The notes beneath the pieces are model-generated. The model did no database searches. It was not told the DNA's origin and was given only the letters and a program-made list of their open reading frames with translations. Shown here piece after piece: positions 33,757 to 38,173 of a stretch of 38,173 nt of DNA (position 1 is its first letter; the number at the start of each line of letters is the position of its first letter). This DNA comes from a virus (Duplodnaviria > Caudoviricetes). Location of the stretch: positions 1 to 38,173 of the IMG/VR virus record IMGVR_UViG_3300037461_000613. One strand, given 5' to 3'. The translations under genes were made by a program, and so were the position numbers.

Positions 33757-34336
33757 TGCCGAACCTCACGAAGATGTTTTTGCCGGTCCCGAGCCCTTTC
33801 GCCACATTCTCTGCGGCCTGCTCCTGCTCGTATGCCTGCTTGTAGCGGCTGTACCACTCGAGCAGCCGCGCGATCGGCATCATGCCGACCACCTGGCCGC
33901 CGACGACCATCTGCTCCTGGTCTTTCGAGGCCCGCCCTTCGAGCTTGGCCTCCAGGGCGTCGAGCACTTTCTTGACGTGACTGCGGGCGTCGTAGCCCGA
34001 CGAGGCGGCGGCGAAGTTGGCCAGGATCTCGATCGTGCCCGAGCCCACCATGTAGCGCTCAGTGGTCTTGGTGACGTAGGCTTGCCACCGGTAGACGCCG
34101 GGGGAGTATCCGGCGGTTGTGGCGGCCGCGAGTGACACGAGGAAATCGTCGCCGGAGGGGGTTGACGTCAGCGCTATGCGCACGCCGGACTTGACCAGGC
34201 TGTAGGTGAGCGCCCACCCGGCCGAGGCCTTGGGGACTTCGCCGGTCGGGATGGAAAGGCCTGCGGCCTCGCGCTTCCACTGGATGAGGTCGCCGGCGGT
34301 GAATTTTTCGGGCTCGGTGGTGGCGTATTCAGTCAC
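33749..34336 (-). CDS. Head-tail adaptor, gpW-like C-terminus with N-terminal beta extension
   Basis: KVLDALEAKLEG...MVVGGQVV...RYKQ...VRF directly before a lambda-type portal. Confidence 0.7.
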   Translation of the reverse strand: MTEYATTEPEKFTAGDLIQWKREAAGLSIPTGEVPKASAGWALTYSLVKSGVRIALTSTPSGDDFLVSLAAATTAGYSPGVYRWQAYVTKTTERYMVGSGTIEILANFAAASSGYDARSHVKKVLDALEAKLEGRASKDQEQMVVGGQVVGMMPIARLLEWYSRYKQAYEQEQAAENVAKGLGTGKNIFVRFGND

Positions 34337-34357
34337 ATTTCCGCCCTCGGTAAAAAT

Positions 34358-34474
34358 AAAAACCGGGTTTTCTGCTGAGCACCTTCAGCATAAACCCGGT
34401 TTTTTAAGAAAAACGGAAATGGGGTGGAAAACGACCGTTAAACGACACTTTCAGGACGAAAAACGGCCGTTAAA
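34358..34474 (-). promoter_or_regulatory. Putative activator-dependent late promoter
   Basis: -10 TATGCT (34392-34387) without a canonical -35; repeats AAAACG(A/G)CCGTTAAA at 34428 and 34460; inverted repeat 34358-34404. Confidence 0.5.
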
Positions 34475-34486
34475 ATGCTTGACGGT

Positions 34487-34720
34487 CTATTCGGCGTCAG
34501 GGTCAACTCCCATTTTGCGGTTGTCGCAGGCCGTGAAGCGCCGTAGGAAATCGTCTATGTTGTCGGTGTGCGCCATCCAGCGCTTGTTGAAGGCGCGGGC
34601 GAGCATTCCGGCGTTGATCAACTCATAAAACAGGCTGTCTCCGACCCCCAGATAGTCGGTGATGGCCTTCTTGCCGACCAGAAGCCGCCCACGGTGGTTT
34701 CCGTTTTTGTGGTCTCCCAT
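34487..34720 (-). CDS. Excisionase/MerR-like winged HTH protein (candidate late activator)
   Basis: LLVGKKAITDYLGV...FYELI...RWMA...IDDF. Confidence 0.75.
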   Translation of the reverse strand: MGDHKNGNHRGRLLVGKKAITDYLGVGDSLFYELINAGMLARAFNKRWMAHTDNIDDFLRRFTACDNRKMGVDPDAE

Positions 34721-34729
34721 GGCTGCGCC

Positions 34730-34798
34730 TCAGTCGGTTATGATGCACATCAGAATCGTCACCGCCAGGAATATCCCGATGAAAAGCGCGTCGCTCAT
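34730..34798 (-). CDS. 22-aa hydrophobic peptide
   Basis: MSDALFIGIFLAVTILMCIITD; GGGAGG RBS, ATGA overlap. Confidence 0.45.
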   Translation of the reverse strand: MSDALFIGIFLAVTILMCIITD

Positions 34799-35397
34799 GG
34801 CAACCACCTCCCAAAAACCTCGACAAGCGGGCCGGACACCGCGCGGATCCGCGCCGCGTTCGGGCAATTTTCGAGCGCCGGCCGCCAGGCCCGCAGGTTG
34901 TCCTCAACGCTCGATTCGAGGCACGAGTGTGAATAGCCCGGCCGTTCGTACCAGTATTTTCGGCCGCCCTGGTAGCAGTCCATGCCGGCCAGGAGCACCT
35001 GCTCGAACCCGGCCGCGCAGGCGAACCATACGGCCAGCGCCGACGAGAACCCACCGTTCCACCATGGCTCGTCGATCCGCACGTTTGTCCAGCGGTCGAA
35101 CGGGCTGACCGTCCAGGTCGTCGGGCTCATCAGAAGCGCCGTCATAAGGCCCTCCTGCCCGGGGGTTGACGGGTCCTCGAGAAAACAGCAGACATCGGCC
35201 CGCATGTCCTCTGCGCCGGCGAGGTAGATCATGGCGTGCTGTTTGACGGAGATCAGGGCCGGGTCGCAGGCGTCCATGACGAGCTGAAAATCACGCTCGA
35301 TCGAGGGACCCCCTCCCATGACGAGCGCCACCTGCGGCCCCCGCCGCTCGGCCCATCGCCTGACATCGTACATCCCCACTATGCGGTCGTCTATCAC
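34795..35397 (-). CDS. DUF115/MptE/Maf-like nucleotide-sugar transferase fold protein
   Basis: ALVMGGGPSI, ISVK, GGFSSALAVWFACAAGFEQVLLAGMDCY. Confidence 0.7.
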   Translation of the reverse strand: MIDDRIVGMYDVRRWAERRGPQVALVMGGGPSIERDFQLVMDACDPALISVKQHAMIYLAGAEDMRADVCCFLEDPSTPGQEGLMTALLMSPTTWTVSPFDRWTNVRIDEPWWNGGFSSALAVWFACAAGFEQVLLAGMDCYQGGRKYWYERPGYSHSCLESSVEDNLRAWRPALENCPNAARIRAVSGPLVEVFGRWLP

Positions 35398-35482
35398 GCT
35401 GACATCCTCCCACTGTTTTTTTAGGGCCTACGCGCCGCCACTCCACCGACCGGCGCACGCCGGACCACCCGACTCGGCCCAT

Positions 35483-37468
35483 TCATATTCCGCCCATCCA
35501 AGTCCCGGCCACCCGCCGCCTGGTCACCACCCGTTTCTCCACCAGCTGCTGGGCGGGTGTCTTTGGTTTTTCATTTTCATTCGCCACCGACTTGGCCGAC
35601 TGCCGCTGCAAATCGCCCTCCTTGGCCTTGACGTAGCGGGCGAGCCCTGAGAGGTTCGGGTGCCACCCATTGTCGGCGCAGGCCGCGGCGTAGATCTCGC
35701 AGTCGAGCAGGTGGTTGTCGCTTCTGGTCTTAACCCACTCGATCCTCCCCTTGCGCGTGCGCCGCAACTCCTCCGCCAAAAACTGCTTGGTGTAGTCGAC
35801 CCCGGTCTCGGCGTGCAGAAAAAAGCGCTGGCTTTCGGCAGCGATAACGTTTCCGTTTTCGTCTACCTTCTGGTCGCGTCGCGTCAGGCGCCAGTGCAGG
35901 AGCTTCTTCAACTCTCCTGTGTCGAGCATCCTCAGCTCGATCCCGCCCGGTATCGGCTTGTTGCTGCGCGGCATGCGGTCTATCGCCTGGGGGTAATTGA
36001 CACGGATCAGTTGTGGGCGGCTGGATCCCTTCACGGCAAAGATCACCTGCCGCGCGTCCCGGCGTCCATGGGCGCGGATGAATTCATAGATCTCCTCGGT
36101 GCGGCTGATGGCCTCGTCGTCGGCGCCCTTGCCGCCGCCGGTGTCCATGGCGGCTCGCCAGATTTGCAGGCGCTCGCCCGTGCCGTCCTTATGGAAATAC
36201 GTGTCGAACACCAGCGCCCGAACATCATCGAAGGTCGACAGATAGCCGTACTGTACCAGGTGGCTCGTCAAATCCTCCCCCCAGGCCCGCACCACGAACC
36301 AGAACCCGCGCTTCTGCACGTCGATGCCGGCCGTTAGCGCAACCGTCCACGACGGGCATATCCCCGGCGGAAGGTCCGTCTTGCGCTTGAACAGATCCCC
36401 CTCGGCCTTGGACTCTACAACCTCCTTCCACGGCCGCGCCTGGTGCTGCGTGACAAAGGCCTGGAGCTTCTTCGGATCGTCCTTGCCCTTAAGAAAATCG
36501 GCCGCGGCCTTGGAAAGCGACACGAACGGAGAATACCAGGACTCCAACGGGCCGAAGGCGATCGCCGTCGGACGCTCGACCGGCGTTTCGGCTTTCCACC
36601 TTCCGCCACGCACGGCCACGTTGCGGGCGTGGTCGTCCCAGTCCATGCCGCAGTGAGCGCAGGAGTAGCGGGCGAGCTTGCCGCGAAGCACTTCGCGGTG
36701 GTCACGCTTTCCGTGCCAGTGGATACGCTCGAAGCCCATGATCTGCAGGTGGCCACAGATCGGGCACTTCGCGTGGTAGCGACGGGTCTCCTCCGCCTCT
36801 GATCGTATCAGGCGGTCGAAGGCGTCTCCGTCGAGCTTTGGCGTGCTGTAGAAAATCTGCTTGCTCGTGTACTGGTACGAGTTGGTGCGGACATCGCCAA
36901 GGCTAAACGGGTCCGCCTCGTCGCCGACAAAATCAGGATATTTACCGGGCTCGTCCCAAAGTATGTAGCGCACGGACTCGGACGCCATCGCCGCGGCCGA
37001 TGTCGCCCAGACCATCATCAGGTCCATGCCGTTTACAAAGTTGACGTGCATGGTGGTGACGTCGTCGATCCTGGAGGAGAGCAGCGCGGCCGTTTTCGGC
37101 GTCGAGCGGATTGTGGGGATTAACTGCCGCTTCGCGATCCGCTTGCTGACCTTCTCGTCCGGCATTACGTACATGGCGGGCCCTGGGTCGACGTCGATCG
37201 CATAAAGCATGAAATTTAGCCCCACGGAGGTCTTTCCGGTCTGTGGGGCCCAGCACAGGAAAACCTTGCGCACCCACGGCAGCGCGATCGTGTCCATGGG
37301 CTCGATGCAGTACGGCGTGACCTCGTTCCGCCACTTGCCTTGTGCGGGGCCCCTGACCACCATGCGATATTTCTCAGCCCACTGGCTGACACTGATCCGC
37401 TCGCGCGGGCGGAATACGCGACGCTCCGGATCCGTGAAGTGGTCGATGGCGTATGCGACGGATGTCAT
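35483..37468 (-). CDS. terL: Terminase large subunit, lambda GpA family
   Basis: VSQWAEKYR, APQTGKT Walker A, ILWDE Walker B, STPK, AGIDVQ, NHLLDC. Confidence 0.96.
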   Translation of the reverse strand: MTSVAYAIDHFTDPERRVFRPRERISVSQWAEKYRMVVRGPAQGKWRNEVTPYCIEPMDTIALPWVRKVFLCWAPQTGKTSVGLNFMLYAIDVDPGPAMYVMPDEKVSKRIAKRQLIPTIRSTPKTAALLSSRIDDVTTMHVNFVNGMDLMMVWATSAAAMASESVRYILWDEPGKYPDFVGDEADPFSLGDVRTNSYQYTSKQIFYSTPKLDGDAFDRLIRSEAEETRRYHAKCPICGHLQIMGFERIHWHGKRDHREVLRGKLARYSCAHCGMDWDDHARNVAVRGGRWKAETPVERPTAIAFGPLESWYSPFVSLSKAAADFLKGKDDPKKLQAFVTQHQARPWKEVVESKAEGDLFKRKTDLPPGICPSWTVALTAGIDVQKRGFWFVVRAWGEDLTSHLVQYGYLSTFDDVRALVFDTYFHKDGTGERLQIWRAAMDTGGGKGADDEAISRTEEIYEFIRAHGRRDARQVIFAVKGSSRPQLIRVNYPQAIDRMPRSNKPIPGGIELRMLDTGELKKLLHWRLTRRDQKVDENGNVIAAESQRFFLHAETGVDYTKQFLAEELRRTRKGRIEWVKTRSDNHLLDCEIYAAACADNGWHPNLSGLARYVKAKEGDLQRQSAKSVANENEKPKTPAQQLVEKRVVTRRRVAGTWMGGI

Positions 37469-38088
37469 GCTTCGATCTTCTCCAGTCTGCCGGCATCGAT
37501 ACTTTCCGGAAGCTCGTGGTGCGCGTCCTCGGAGTACCTGGCCAGCCAGCGCTCGGAGGCCTCGAGCATGTACTCAATCACGTCCGGGGCCTTCAGGTCG
37601 TCTCCGGACACCAGCTTGATCATCTCGGCCGAGCTGCTGCGTATAAAGTTTTCAATGTCGCTTTTAAATACCGCTGCGCGCCGCGCCAGGGCCGCCTCGA
37701 AGGCAGAGCGCTCGACGTATTCACCTTTCAGGATCCTGGTCTTGATCTCCCAGTGCTCGGCCTGGGCGCTGACCTTGCGGGCCTCGGCCGCGGCCTTGTC
37801 GTCTGCGACCGCAGGAGAGGCCGGTCGCATCTTTAGGCCGCCGCTGCCGTCCTTCAGCTTCAAAAAAGTGCCGGCATACCGCTCGACGTCTTTGACAAGG
37901 AATGTCCCGTCAGACTGGGGCCTGAGCTTCCCTTGGTCGCGGTGACGGTAGACGGTCGCCTGCTTAACGCGGTACTTGTCGAGCCCCTCAAGGTATCGCA
38001 CCACCTCGAGGATACTCTTCAACGCCTCCGGTTTTTCGCTGGGCGCCTGGCTGATCGAGAGCTGCTCTGTCACTTGATTATTTCTCAT
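37465..38088 (-). CDS. terS: Terminase small subunit
   Basis: N-terminal wHTH (ATVYRHRDQGKL), coiled coil and KGEYV; ATGA overlap with terL; next to cos. Confidence 0.8.
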   Translation of the reverse strand: MRNNQVTEQLSISQAPSEKPEALKSILEVVRYLEGLDKYRVKQATVYRHRDQGKLRPQSDGTFLVKDVERYAGTFLKLKDGSGGLKMRPASPAVADDKAAAEARKVSAQAEHWEIKTRILKGEYVERSAFEAALARRAAVFKSDIENFIRSSSAEMIKLVSGDDLKAPDVIEYMLEASERWLARYSEDAHHELPESIDAGRLEKIEA

Positions 38089-38147
38089 TTACAGGTGGTT
38101 ATACTTTTCCCACCCGGTTTTTTCTCAACAAGTAGAGATGAATCGAG

Positions 38148-38173
38148 GTCGTCGAAACCGCACTTCAAAGGTC
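38148..38173. repeat. Terminal direct repeat copy 2
   Basis: Identical to 1-26. Confidence 0.95.

Noticed and set aside
34487-34798. Readthrough fusion of the 22-aa TM peptide to the HTH protein (in-frame TGA)
   Set aside because: TGAGG doubles as the HTH RBS, no SECIS-like stem was seen, and being in frame has a one-in-three chance.
35398-35486. Tiny ORFs between terL and the DUF115-like gene
   Set aside because: Two competing short frames with no motif; neither can be supported.
18970-37619. Long plus-strand ORFs opposite structural genes (e.g. 30105..31802, 22600..23928, 27971..29140)
   Set aside because: Antisense shadows expected in GC-rich coding DNA; no motifs or RBS support.
1-38173. 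Genome-wide UGA recoding (alternative genetic code)
   Set aside because: TGA is used as a normal stop in many ATGA/GTGA overlaps, and long genes are intact in the standard code.

Overview
The window looks like a complete temperate lambdoid siphophage genome of about 38.1 kb. Its first 26 nt are repeated exactly at the end (circular assembly), and the junction falls on a lambda-like cosQ/cosN signature. Almost all genes lie on the minus strand in one run: cro, small early genes, replication initiator with internal iterons, cos, terminase, head, tail, accessory fibre module and lysis cassette. A short plus-strand block carries the repressor, a stand-alone PAS protein, a membrane SWIM-finger protein, the tyrosine integrase, a candidate attP and a two-gene moron. 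Lipoproteins and spanin-like genes point to a GC-rich Gram-negative host; Desulfobacterota is only a guess. Best leads: (1) a small lysis-cassette lipoprotein missed by the ORF track, interrupted by one in-frame UGA followed by a bacterial SECIS-like hairpin (candidate phage selenoprotein, or a nonsense mutation); (2) a repressor with no S24 autoprotease, co-transcribed with a PAS sensor; (3) a fibre module with a ~29-repeat scaffold protein beside a pilin-like subunit; (4) attenuator-like and structured-RNA elements around the lysis genes; (5) a DUF115/Maf-like enzyme inside the head operon. All product calls come from reading motifs and synteny by eye; no searches were run.
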